DNA from: an uncultured virus (IMG/VR IMGVR_UViG_3300020187_000012)
Lineage: Duplodnaviria; Heunggongvirae; Uroviricota; Caudoviricetes
IMG/VR virus record: IMGVR_UViG_3300020187_000012
Span: 1-64,000 of that record
Length of the DNA stretch: 64,000 nucleotides
Direction: 5' to 3' (one strand)
The notes beneath the pieces are model-generated. The model was given only the letters and a program-made list of their open reading frames with translations. It searched no databases and was not told the DNA's origin. Both the position numbers and the translations under genes were made by a program. The number at the start of each line of letters is the position of its first letter. Positions within the stretch are counted from its first letter, which is position 1. Shown here piece after piece: positions 25,684 to 35,826 of the stretch.

Positions 25684-26034
25684 ATGAACAGAAGTCAAAG
25701 AAGATGGCAGTTAAAATCTGCTGGAATGTTACGTGTAAAAAACATGTATGGTCCGTTCACTGAAGTTGGTAAACTTTGGTATGCTAAGACCGCAAAAGAA
25801 GGTGCTAAATTACATTTACAGAATGTAGAGGCTAATGAAAAAAGACAATCTGAATACTTTGCTCAAAAAGAAGCAAGCATTAAAGCATCACATGAAGCTA
25901 ATGGCTACAGTGCTGAAAAAGTAGAAGTATTATTAGAAGCTTGGAGATGTACGATTGTTAAAGACAAAGAAACTTATCGTGCCGACCGTAAAGAGTCCAT
26001 CGCCTTATACCAAAAGGCGGCTCAAATGAAATAA
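25684..26034 (+). CDS. Hypothetical protein
   Basis: MNRSQRR N-terminus, a common phage motif. Confidence 0.75.
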   Translation: MNRSQRRWQLKSAGMLRVKNMYGPFTEVGKLWYAKTAKEGAKLHLQNVEANEKRQSEYFAQKEASIKASHEANGYSAEKVEVLLEAWRCTIVKDKETYRADRKESIALYQKAAQMK

Positions 26035-26046
26035 GGTATATACACT

Positions 26047-26373
26047 ATGCAAGTAATTACTATTGAAATTGCCGATAATGGTATTATCAAAACTATTGTT
26101 GACGATAATATTAACGGGGCCGGTGAAAAGTTTGAATCTAAAACAGTTTATGATTTAGAAAGACATGATTCAATAGACAGTAAAATTGAATTATTGTGGA
26201 CACTTGCTGAAGACATGGGTGTAGATTTAGGTAATTCCAAACAAGCTGAACAAATTAAAATTATCAGTGAATGGGGTGAAAATTATACACCTTCTAAAAA
26301 AGAGGCAACTGAAGCTATTAAAGAATTACAAAATAATATTGATAGCCTTCAAAAGATTGTTGACGCTAAGTAA
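26047..26373 (+). CDS. Hypothetical protein
   Basis: 108-aa ORF. Confidence 0.75.
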   Translation: MQVITIEIADNGIIKTIVDDNINGAGEKFESKTVYDLERHDSIDSKIELLWTLAEDMGVDLGNSKQAEQIKIISEWGENYTPSKKEATEAIKELQNNIDSLQKIVDAK

Positions 26374-26783
26374 TGAATATTAAAATAGAATGTATTTGGT
26401 GTAATAGTAAAATGGAATTTAACCGCTATGTGAGAAACTACGGTGCACCCAGCTATACAATAAATTACATCGATATTTCTAATAAATTAATGAAGGCTGA
26501 TAAGTCTATCAGAAAACCGTCTGACAGATTGATCGGTCTTCATATTCATAGTCAATTAAAAATGTATAATTCTAAATTAGATAAATTTGAAAATCACCCC
26601 AAGGTTATTGTGTATCTAATTAAAAACCTTAATAAACAAACAATTTCAGGATTGAGAAGTACACTTGGTAATGTATTGGAAAGCCATGAGATTGATATTG
26701 ATCTAACGGTTATCAATAGAACTGACTTTCCAACAAAAGGTGTACTTAGCCAATTCGGTTCGGTTAAGTTCATCGACACATGA
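26373..26783 (+). CDS. Hypothetical protein
   Basis: Coupled ORF. Confidence 0.7.
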   Translation: MNIKIECIWCNSKMEFNRYVRNYGAPSYTINYIDISNKLMKADKSIRKPSDRLIGLHIHSQLKMYNSKLDKFENHPKVIVYLIKNLNKQTISGLRSTLGNVLESHEIDIDLTVINRTDFPTKGVLSQFGSVKFIDT

Positions 26784-27364
26784 TACATCACAGATTATTC
26801 CCTAAGGGCGAATACTGTCATGCATTAATCGCTTCAAAATCCAACCCCAATATTTTATTTCAAGTTCGAGGTCTTATCTATGACGTTAAGATGGACGAAC
26901 ATAACCCACAATACCTTATAAAGATTATAAAGTTTTATGATGACTTAAACTTTATTAAACGTCACTTTATTGGGGAGCGCTTCCAGAAAGATTTTTCAGG
27001 ACATGACTTTCATTTTAAAATGAAGCGTAGTCAATTTCAAACCCGTGAAGAGTTTGAAAAATATATGAGCAAAGATAAGTATATGCTTGTTGCTGATTCA
27101 GTTATGTGTACAAAGACACTTGGTGACTCCACTAGGTTGTACAACACTATCCAATCATTTATAATAGAGAAGTCCATACGTGACATCTATGACGCATCTA
27201 CTAGAGCACAATACAGAACAGGTAAATATCACTTTAATAATCAAGACGAATTTAAAACATCACTTAAAAAATTCTTAAAGGGCAAAGTTGATGTTACTGA
27301 AGAATACCTAGATGATTTATTAAGTAGACCTTCTTTTAATGATTTAGATGATATTAAAGCCTGA
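26780..27364 (+). CDS. Hypothetical protein
   Basis: ATGA-overlap coupled ORF. Confidence 0.7.
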   Translation: MIHHRLFPKGEYCHALIASKSNPNILFQVRGLIYDVKMDEHNPQYLIKIIKFYDDLNFIKRHFIGERFQKDFSGHDFHFKMKRSQFQTREEFEKYMSKDKYMLVADSVMCTKTLGDSTRLYNTIQSFIIEKSIRDIYDASTRAQYRTGKYHFNNQDEFKTSLKKFLKGKVDVTEEYLDDLLSRPSFNDLDDIKA

Positions 27365-27392
27365 TATATAGTATAAATAATTATATCAATAG

Positions 27393-29225
27393 ATGAGTTC
27401 AGAAAAGAGCTGGTGGGATAATGCTGGAGATTCAATAAGTCAATTGACTGAAGATTCTAAGGAATTTGTTAAGGATTCTCAAGATGCGGTTAAAAATTCA
27501 AAAGATGCTAAAAATATTACTAGTCAATTTGATAACCTTATTGATCAATCATCTGGTGGTGTTACTAGATTTTATGATGCTTTAACCGGTCAAGTTGTTG
27601 AAGGTCAAGCTGCCGAAAAAATTAAAGCTATTAAAGCCTCTATTAAGGGGCCTACATCTGTAAGTACAAATACAATAAACCCAACATCTGTTGAACCTAT
27701 TGTTGGTTCTATTAACCCAATATATACTGGTTTAGGTGATGCTGAAAGTTATACAATAGAAACTATAGGTAAAGCTAATAGTGGTAATAGTACTGATAGT
27801 GCTGGTACTTTAGTACCGGGTCCCAAGCAGATTCCATTTTCTTTATTCAACCACTGGTCACTTATGAACTACAAGGGTGGACCGCTTGATAATTTAGATA
27901 AGGATGCTTACAACGGCCCACTATTTGCCGGCGCAGATAAAATTGAATATAGAAACCCGACAGCTACAAAAATTATACAAACATTAAATGAAAAAGACCA
28001 CCCTGGTTACAAATATTCATTTTCTGATTTTGCATTAGCTAAATATTACGGTAAAATATCAAACAACTTCATGGTGACTCTTAGGAGATTTCCTATGCCG
28101 GTTGAAGATGATATTATTAACCCTAAAGTTTTAGGACCTGATGGTAAATCTATTGTTGATAATGCAATGCCTGATTTAGCAAGAGCTGTAACGTGGATGT
28201 CTGAAGCTACTGGTAATAAACTAAATGATTTATTAAAGTTTGATGTAAGTACTAGTTGGAAAGAAGTTGAATCTGCAATTCAAGAAAGAAGCGGTAGTGG
28301 TGAAGGTGGTGCTTTAGGTAGCGCAATTGGCGGTAACTTTTTTGCATCAGCAGCTATTGGTGCTGCAAACGGTATGGATGCACAGGGTGTTGCTAATGCT
28401 AAAAATGGATATGATGCAACTAAAGGTACTTATCCAAATCACATTTTTGGGCCTATTAATGTTATTAAAAAGGTATCTATCCGTGACGCTGGTTTAAACT
28501 TCACAGGGGATATGGAACTTACATTTCATTATAGCCTAAGACAGCTTGAGGGTGTTTCACCTAAAATCGCGTTCTTAGATATGTTATCAAATATGTTAGT
28601 TCTTACATATAATAATGGTAATTTCTGGGGCGGTTCATCAAGGTATGTTGGCGGTTCTGGTAAAATGTCTAGGCCGTTTGGTGACTTTAGTAAATTAAAG
28701 TCTGGTAATTTTGGTGAATTCTTAGGTTCAATTGTTGGTGACATTGCTGGTGCTGCCGGGGATATGTTGAATGATATAAAAGAAAACGGTCTTACTGGTT
28801 CTAAGCTTGGTAAAAACCTTATTGGTGGTGGTCTTATGAAATTATTCGGAACACCACAGGGTTCTGAAGCACTTAATGCTTTTTTAACAGGTGACCCAAC
28901 CGGTCAATACCATGTTACTATTGGTAATCCATTAAACCCTATTGCAGTTATTGGTAACCTATATTGTGATAAGGCTGATTTCCAATTTGGTGGTGAACTA
29001 TCTTATGAAGGTTTCCCAACAGAACTTACGGTTAAAGTTTCACTTAAACCGGCTAGACCAAGGGATAAAGCTGATATCGAAAGAATGTTTAATGGTGGAA
29101 AACAAAGAATGTATCTAACACCTGAAAATGGTGTTAACACTAATAACAGTACAAATACATCAGCATACGGTAATGCTGATAGCCCAGAACAGGCTGACAT
29201 ATATAGAAAAATGACTGGAGGATAA
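27393..29225 (+). CDS. Putative baseplate/tail structural protein
   Basis: Late motif upstream, Gly-rich, heads the baseplate operon. Confidence 0.5.
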   Translation: MSSEKSWWDNAGDSISQLTEDSKEFVKDSQDAVKNSKDAKNITSQFDNLIDQSSGGVTRFYDALTGQVVEGQAAEKIKAIKASIKGPTSVSTNTINPTSVEPIVGSINPIYTGLGDAESYTIETIGKANSGNSTDSAGTLVPGPKQIPFSLFNHWSLMNYKGGPLDNLDKDAYNGPLFAGADKIEYRNPTATKIIQTLNEKDHPGYKYSFSDFALAKYYGKISNNFMVTLRRFPMPVEDDIINPKVLGPDGKSIVDNAMPDLARAVTWMSEATGNKLNDLLKFDVSTSWKEVESAIQERSGSGEGGALGSAIGGNFFASAAIGAANGMDAQGVANAKNGYDATKGTYPNHIFGPINVIKKVSIRDAGLNFTGDMELTFHYSLRQLEGVSPKIAFLDMLSNMLVLTYNNGNFWGGSSRYVGGSGKMSRPFGDFSKLKSGNFGEFLGSIVGDIAGAAGDMLNDIKENGLTGSKLGKNLIGGGLMKLFGTPQGSEALNAFLTGDPTGQYHVTIGNPLNPIAVIGNLYCDKADFQFGGELSYEGFPTELTVKVSLKPARPRDKADIERMFNGGKQRMYLTPENGVNTNNSTNTSAYGNADSPEQADIYRKMTGG

Positions 29226-29710
29226 TGGATTTTAAATCATTACATAATAAAAATATAGTTGACGGTAAAGTTATAATGACCGAACCTACAATGCTATTTA
29301 TTGACCTTCAAGATGTTGATACAATAGTTGAACATGTTATTGATAGCGACCAAGTCGGTAGACCCGACTTAATAGCTCTTAAGTACTATAGCGACCAATC
29401 ATTAACCGATATGCTTTTAAAATTTAATGGTGTGTCTAATCCATTTTCTTTAAACAAAGGTGACATTATTGATGTTCCAGTTAATCAGGAAAGATTTAAA
29501 AAGTTTATTAAACCTAAAAGGAATAATGATGAAACTCAAAAAGAAAAGTTCTTAAAGCAACGTAGAATGACTGAAAAAGATAAGAAGCGTTTTGAGTTCC
29601 TACAGTCACTCGCACAAGTTGAAGCACTTCCACCAAATAGACTTAAGACTGGTCAAACTAATAAAGATATATCTGGTGTTATTACTGATTTAAATCCTAG
29701 TCAATCTTAA
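29225..29710 (+). CDS. Baseplate wedge gp53-like (LysM-like) protein
   Basis: GRPDLIALKYY...LKFNGVSNPFSL..GDII. Confidence 0.75.
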   Translation: MDFKSLHNKNIVDGKVIMTEPTMLFIDLQDVDTIVEHVIDSDQVGRPDLIALKYYSDQSLTDMLLKFNGVSNPFSLNKGDIIDVPVNQERFKKFIKPKRNNDETQKEKFLKQRRMTEKDKKRFEFLQSLAQVEALPPNRLKTGQTNKDISGVITDLNPSQS

Positions 29711-29712
29711 TT

Positions 29713-31200
29713 ATGGCATTAAATAGTCATGTATATACAATACTCGAACCTAGCATTAAACTAGACGAGATGAAATTACCAGGTGCTGGTGAAAGACATA
29801 CAGGTGATGGCTTTTCTGACATGAGTGGTGGTCCCGAACCATACATAAAAGTTAATGATTATCCATTTGCGCCAAAAGACATATTAAAATTTACATTAGA
29901 CTTAAATAGTAAATATCCAGAAGTAAGTGCAATGCTTTCTGATAGCCAGAACTTTTTTACAGTTGATAGGTTTCCAAGAGATGGCGATTTATTAAATATT
30001 AGAATACAACTGGACGAAGCTGGTACATATAAAGATATCAGAATGGACTTTACTATTTTAGAATTCAGGGGGCTACCAACATCATCAACTGAAAAAGTAG
30101 AAGGTGGTCAAATTTATAATGTTAGGGGTATTGCTAAAATACCTGGTATGTATACCGATGAATGTAAATCATATGGTGAGGGTTCTTCAATTGATCATAT
30201 AAAAGCGGTTGCAACTGATTTAAAATTAGGACTTGCAACAAATATAAGCGAAACTAAAGATACAATGCGTAGATTTTGTGCTTACCAAACTAAACTTGAA
30301 ATGCTTTCGAATACTGTATTACATTCGTATTTAGATGATAACTCATTTCAAACATATTCGATTGACCCGTATTATTACATTAATTTTGTTGACATTCAAA
30401 AAATAATGAATGCACCTGAAGATATTGAAATACACCAATACATTACTAATAAAATGTTTCACGAAAGAGGGACAGACCCTACAACTGGTGCAGGTGAAGT
30501 TGAATCACAATTAATACTTACGAATCATCATTTGGCTAGTGGCGGTAACACTAGTATTGAAAGATATAATCTTATTAATAATTCTACTAAAATAGCTTTA
30601 GAGAATGGTTATAAAAGAAAGATGCAATATTTTGATTATGACGGGAGTGTTGGCAAAGACCTTATTGAATTTGATGTTGAATCATTAGTTGGTGATAATA
30701 TTAAAGATCATGAAGAAGCTTTGAAGGGTCGTAGAAATTCTGAAGTTGACGAATACAATACTCATATAAAACAAAAATATGTTGGTATTCAAAGCGATAG
30801 TGTTCATGATAATTATAAATTTGCTGCAATTAATAACATTCAAAATTTAATAGAGTTAGACAAGATGTATTTAGAAGTTCATCTTGAGGGTATGAATCCG
30901 GCTTTATATCGCTATATGAAAGTTCCTGTAAATATTTTTAATTATGGCGAAGTGAACGGTGATGTTACTGAAAGTATTAACAAAGAAAAGCGAGAAGGTG
31001 ATTTTGATGTTAAAGCCGATGATACTAAAAATGAAAATGACGTTAATGAAAATGATATATCATCATTTACACTAGATGAATTCTTATCAGCACATTATAT
31101 TATACTTGGTATAAAATATTTGTATGACGCTGAATTAGGTTATTCACAGACTCTTAAATTAGGGCGTAGGGAATGGCCGGCGAGATTAAACAATATTTGA
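29713..31200 (+). CDS. Putative baseplate hub protein
   Basis: Position between gp53 and gp5; C-terminal YIILGIKY...QTLKL.RR pattern of hub proteins. Confidence 0.5.
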   Translation: MALNSHVYTILEPSIKLDEMKLPGAGERHTGDGFSDMSGGPEPYIKVNDYPFAPKDILKFTLDLNSKYPEVSAMLSDSQNFFTVDRFPRDGDLLNIRIQLDEAGTYKDIRMDFTILEFRGLPTSSTEKVEGGQIYNVRGIAKIPGMYTDECKSYGEGSSIDHIKAVATDLKLGLATNISETKDTMRRFCAYQTKLEMLSNTVLHSYLDDNSFQTYSIDPYYYINFVDIQKIMNAPEDIEIHQYITNKMFHERGTDPTTGAGEVESQLILTNHHLASGGNTSIERYNLINNSTKIALENGYKRKMQYFDYDGSVGKDLIEFDVESLVGDNIKDHEEALKGRRNSEVDEYNTHIKQKYVGIQSDSVHDNYKFAAINNIQNLIELDKMYLEVHLEGMNPALYRYMKVPVNIFNYGEVNGDVTESINKEKREGDFDVKADDTKNENDVNENDISSFTLDEFLSAHYIILGIKYLYDAELGYSQTLKLGRREWPARLNNI

Positions 31201-31210
31201 TATATAAATA

Positions 31211-32368
31211 ATGGCAGATAATACTAGATATAATTTTACTAAAGGGATGTTGAGAACATCCGCTAAAAACCCATATCAAGACCCTACGTTTTTAACGTTT
31301 ACTTTAAAGTTTGATATGCTAAGCCCTTTATTTAATAAAGACGTTGCAGTTAAATCCCTACGTGAACAATATAAGGAAGAAACTAAAGCTACTCAACTAG
31401 AAAAGTTTATTAGTACACTAACATTAATTAATAAAGAAATGCCATGGTATTTTAAATCAATTAGTGGCATAGATACTGCTTTTGATATTGATATGTTAGA
31501 ACCATATTGGGGTGGTGACGATAAAAAACTAGAAATAGAATGTAATGAATCTATTAATCTTGCAATTACAGGTTTGATGGATTTGTATAGAGAAGCTGTT
31601 TATAACCTAGACGGTTGGACACAAGTTCTTCCAGAAAATTATAAAAGATTCAATATGTATGTTATTGTTTCTGAAGTTAGAAATATACAAACAGTTAAAA
31701 ATAATAAGAGTGGTAAAGAAGTTAATATAAACGATGAAATCACAGCTGATTCAAAACCAATGTTTATGTTTAAATATAAATCTTGTAAATTTGATATTAC
31801 GTCTGGTAAAGAAACTTTCTCATCATTAAGTTCAGCAGAGCCATCAAGCCCACAACCTAAAATCAGAATAAAATACGAAGATATTATAAAGTTTAATGCT
31901 ACTTATTTAAATGGTATATCTGACATAACACTAGATGGTAGTCCAGGTGTTGGTACTGAAGATAAAAAGCCAACATTTAGCGAAAGGGGTTTAAGTGCAC
32001 TTGATGATGCTTTACAAACTGTAAGCGATGGTATTACAAATTTTAATCCTATTAATGAACTGACAAGGCCAAATAATGTATATGGTTCAATATTTGATCA
32101 AGCTTTTCAAAGGGCCGTTGGTGAATTAGATGATATTGCAGGTGGTATTAGCAGAATACCTAATAATTTATTTAAGGACGGTTTAAATGCTGCAGAAAAT
32201 GAAGTACAAAGTTTAATTAAAAGTGCTAAAGCAAATATATTTGGTATTGAACCAGGTTCAACTTTAGGTGCCGCTTTGAAACAGGGTTCGATCAATTCTA
32301 TATTTCCAGATATTCAACAAATTAGTTTATTTAAAAATAAAAATAATTTAGGCAACATTAATAAATAA
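31211..32368 (+). CDS. Putative tail tube/baseplate junction protein
   Basis: Late motif upstream, tube-like beta-rich N-half, gene context. Confidence 0.4.
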   Translation: MADNTRYNFTKGMLRTSAKNPYQDPTFLTFTLKFDMLSPLFNKDVAVKSLREQYKEETKATQLEKFISTLTLINKEMPWYFKSISGIDTAFDIDMLEPYWGGDDKKLEIECNESINLAITGLMDLYREAVYNLDGWTQVLPENYKRFNMYVIVSEVRNIQTVKNNKSGKEVNINDEITADSKPMFMFKYKSCKFDITSGKETFSSLSSAEPSSPQPKIRIKYEDIIKFNATYLNGISDITLDGSPGVGTEDKKPTFSERGLSALDDALQTVSDGITNFNPINELTRPNNVYGSIFDQAFQRAVGELDDIAGGISRIPNNLFKDGLNAAENEVQSLIKSAKANIFGIEPGSTLGAALKQGSINSIFPDIQQISLFKNKNNLGNINK

Positions 32369-33036
32369 TGGAACATAAGGAACTTTTTAAAGATAATTTA
32401 AGGGATTCCCATTGGTTAGGTGAAGTTGTAGATGTACAAGACCCAAATGGTAAAGGTAGATGTAGAATTAAAGTTTATGGCAAATTTGATTTACTTGAAA
32501 CTGAAGATATACCGTGGGCTACCCCTGCCAATAATCAAATCACTGGTTCAATGTCAGTACCAAATGTTGGTGACGTTGTAGCAATCTATTTTGATAATGG
32601 CGACGTATATACTCCTGTTTATAAAAACTCACCAAGAATTGATAGTGCCTTTAAAGCTGACGTGCTAGATGTTACGGGTACACCAGAGTTAACGACTTCA
32701 TTAGTTTATGATACTACTAAAGGTGTTAAGATTTACCATACACAAGAAGATGGTTTAATTATATCAACGGGTAATGGTGTTGAAGCTGACCCTGCAATTA
32801 GGGTTAGTAATGATGGTAAAATTTATTTATATGCTAATGATATTTTTATTGCTAGTTCATTTGGAGATGAATCAGAACCTGCGGTAAAGGGCCAAACACT
32901 TACAGACTTGTTACGTGATATGCTTAATGTTATTAAAGAACATACACACGTCAATGCAGGGCCCGTAAATGCATTAAATGTAATTGACCTGTCGCTTATG
33001 CAACAAACAATTGATTCAATTAAACAAGAGTCTTAA
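32368..33036 (+). CDS. Baseplate spike gp5/GpV-like protein
   Basis: GEVVDVQDPNGKGRCRIKVYG, IPWA, VPNVGDVV, C-terminal HTH tripeptide (EHTHV). Confidence 0.85.
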   Translation: MEHKELFKDNLRDSHWLGEVVDVQDPNGKGRCRIKVYGKFDLLETEDIPWATPANNQITGSMSVPNVGDVVAIYFDNGDVYTPVYKNSPRIDSAFKADVLDVTGTPELTTSLVYDTTKGVKIYHTQEDGLIISTGNGVEADPAIRVSNDGKIYLYANDIFIASSFGDESEPAVKGQTLTDLLRDMLNVIKEHTHVNAGPVNALNVIDLSLMQQTIDSIKQES

Positions 33037-33045
33037 TAATTTATT

Positions 33046-34254
33046 ATGGAAAAGTTGGAAAAGTTTGGAATAGAAAAAGAGTTAGATGGTATCAAGGAAA
33101 GCCTTGAGTCATTTGTTAATTTAGGGATATTAATACCTTCAATACCAGATTATGAAACTATTGTTGAGATTTATACTAATGAAGTTGTTGGTTTTAAATC
33201 AATAATGGTTGAATTAACTGATAAGTATAAGGAGAAGTATGGTGACGCATGGTCAGAAAAAGAGGCTGAAATTAAAGAGTTAATTGCCGCTGAAAAGAAA
33301 AAGACTATTGATTACTATATGAATGAAGGTCGTCAATTTTTAGAAGGTCTACATAAAACATTAATTGAAGCTTTTAAAAAATTATTAAAAACAATTAAAG
33401 AAGTTGCAACTGATGTTATTAAAAAAGTAACTGAAGCACTAATGCCAACTACAATTGGACTTGGTGCACCTAACCCATTAAGTATAATATTAAAATTATT
33501 TATAGCTATTACTGAAATTAAAAGACAATTAGATGTTGTAGCATTATTAGGTATTAAGCTTATTGATGTATTTAAGCAAATTGGTATTTTAGATTTAGTA
33601 GAAACTATGACTGGTAGTGTTGTGGATTTCAAAAAAAGTATTGATGCTAAGAAGGCAGCAGCTAAAGCTACCGGATCAAAAATAAAAGAAATAGGTGCCG
33701 GGTTAAACCCAGCTGAGCTTAAAAATAAACTTGATTGGACTAAAAACATAGACATGTCAACAGAGCTTGGTAAACAAATTACTGCGGTGAAGTCATTAGT
33801 AAACACAGTTAAAGGTTCTTCAGCTGTTGTTGAAAGTAACAACAAGGCTATTGCAAAATCTGAAGCTAAACTTAAAAAGAAACAACAAGCTGTATTTAGT
33901 GCAAAATACTATGCGGACCAAAAAATGTTTATAATACCATGGCCGGCTGGTGGTACTGAAAAGCCTGGTAGTGCTGTAATGGAAATTGCATCTAAACGAT
34001 ATGATATTGCATTTACAGATTTCCCATTAAATGTGGTGCAGCAGTTACAATTAAAGAGAAAATCAGAAGATATTGAATCTATTAATGGTCAAAATAGTGA
34101 TATTGCATGGCATGACTTAATTATTAGTTTTAGTAATTATATGAATGGTTATAAAGAATGGGCTCAAACAGCCCGTGAATTTGAAGAGGGCGAAAACGGT
34201 ACAATAATTTTAGTGTCGGATAGTAATGATAGTGAAAATACTGGGGGCGGTTAA
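33046..34254 (+). CDS. Helical hypothetical protein in the baseplate operon
   Basis: 402-aa ORF; the frame stays open 37 codons past the TAA. Confidence 0.7.
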   Translation: MEKLEKFGIEKELDGIKESLESFVNLGILIPSIPDYETIVEIYTNEVVGFKSIMVELTDKYKEKYGDAWSEKEAEIKELIAAEKKKTIDYYMNEGRQFLEGLHKTLIEAFKKLLKTIKEVATDVIKKVTEALMPTTIGLGAPNPLSIILKLFIAITEIKRQLDVVALLGIKLIDVFKQIGILDLVETMTGSVVDFKKSIDAKKAAAKATGSKIKEIGAGLNPAELKNKLDWTKNIDMSTELGKQITAVKSLVNTVKGSSAVVESNNKAIAKSEAKLKKKQQAVFSAKYYADQKMFIIPWPAGGTEKPGSAVMEIASKRYDIAFTDFPLNVVQQLQLKRKSEDIESINGQNSDIAWHDLIISFSNYMNGYKEWAQTAREFEEGENGTIILVSDSNDSENTGGG

Positions 34255-34439
34255 CTAGGTAATACTGGTAAAGGCCGTGCTCATAGTAGTAATAACAAGG
34301 GTGGTGTTGGCGCTGCTAATGATGGGAGTGCTGTTAAAACGCCTAAGGAAGGTGATAATCCTAAATAAATTTAGTTAAAAAAAGGCCCAAAAAAAATGGG
34401 TTATATAATGTATATTATTCACTTTCTAACTAAATAAAA

Positions 34440-35768
34440 ATGGAAAACAAAAAAAGAGAACGAATTGGTGCTAAAAAGGTAACCATCGCTCAAACAGAAG
34501 ACGTACAATCTGTAGAAAATGTACAAGAAGAAGTAACAGTTAACGAAGATGTACATGGTGGTTTTATGCATGACGACTATGTTCTACCAAACGGAGAATT
34601 CGATTGGGACGGTTACGAGCATGCATTCAGTCACAAGTTAAGACCTAATTACAAGGTTAAAACTGCAAGTCACAAACATATTGTTTATTCACAAGATGTT
34701 GAAGCGCAAAATTATTACAACATGATCGAATCAACTTCATTTGAAATTGATATGATTACATCACTGGTAGTAGACTCTTATCTTGAGGGTACGTTACATT
34801 CAATGTCTACTAAATGGGCGACTGTTAATGTTAACTACCGTGAGATGCTTTACATTGACCTTGATAAAGAGGATGCTGATATCATTAAAGATTACAGACC
34901 TGGTGATTCAGTCACTGTAAAAGTACTTAGTGATAAAACAGCGGCGCGTGAATATGCAACGGCTTCTATAACTGAAGGTGCTAGACAAGCAATCTTTAAT
35001 GAGCTTAGACAGGCTGCTGAAGATGGTGATACTGCATTTATGGGTACTGTTAAATCTATGATTCCAGGTGGTGGTTATATCGTTAAGGTTCAAGGTATTG
35101 AATGCTTTATGCCGGGTTCACTTGCTGGTATTAATAAACTAGCTGATTTTGAATCAATTATTGGTAATGATATGTATGTTGTACCAGATTCATTCTCTGC
35201 AAATCGTGGAACTATTGTGGTGTCTCACAGGGCTTATTTACAAGCTATGATTCCAACGAGTATTGCAAAAATAGAAGAAGACTTTGATGTGGTACATAAT
35301 GGGTTTGTAACAGGTTCTGCTAAGTTCGGTGTATTCTGTGAATTTGAAGGTTGTCTAACAGGTATGATTCACGTTAATGACCTAAGTCCAGAATGGACTG
35401 CTAAGCATAAAGGTGGGGATATTAACCCAGGTGATGCAATTGACTTTAAAGTTAAAGAGGTTGTTTCTAATAAAAAGATTATATTAACTCAAGTTGAAAA
35501 ACAAGAAGTTAAAGAAGATTTATCATGGGAAGAGTTTACTAAAGACTTACAAATTCCTAGTCTGGTCGAGGGTAAAATCCGTTCTGTAAAAGATTATGGT
35601 GTGTTTGTTGGACTACATGGTAGTGTGACTGGTATGGCACATGTGTCTGGATTTGAAAAAGGTATTTCATTAACTGAACGTTTTTCAAAGGGTGATGATG
35701 TTGCTGTTGAGATTACAAAAATCGATAACGACACTAAGAAAGTATTTTTAAAGGTGGTTGGAGCTTAG
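34440..35768 (+). CDS. rpsA: Ribosomal protein bS1-like protein (4 S1 domains)
   Basis: EFDWDGYE N-terminus; GGYIV..ECFMPGS..IVVSHR; FGVFCE..GMIHVNDLS; DYGVFV..GMAHVS. Confidence 0.8.
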   Translation: MENKKRERIGAKKVTIAQTEDVQSVENVQEEVTVNEDVHGGFMHDDYVLPNGEFDWDGYEHAFSHKLRPNYKVKTASHKHIVYSQDVEAQNYYNMIESTSFEIDMITSLVVDSYLEGTLHSMSTKWATVNVNYREMLYIDLDKEDADIIKDYRPGDSVTVKVLSDKTAAREYATASITEGARQAIFNELRQAAEDGDTAFMGTVKSMIPGGGYIVKVQGIECFMPGSLAGINKLADFESIIGNDMYVVPDSFSANRGTIVVSHRAYLQAMIPTSIAKIEEDFDVVHNGFVTGSAKFGVFCEFEGCLTGMIHVNDLSPEWTAKHKGGDINPGDAIDFKVKEVVSNKKIILTQVEKQEVKEDLSWEEFTKDLQIPSLVEGKIRSVKDYGVFVGLHGSVTGMAHVSGFEKGISLTERFSKGDDVAVEITKIDNDTKKVFLKVVGA

Positions 35769-35826
35769 GTTCCAACCAACCTAAAATATATGGTGGATAT
35801 ATATTGAAACAAGATATAATCCTCCG

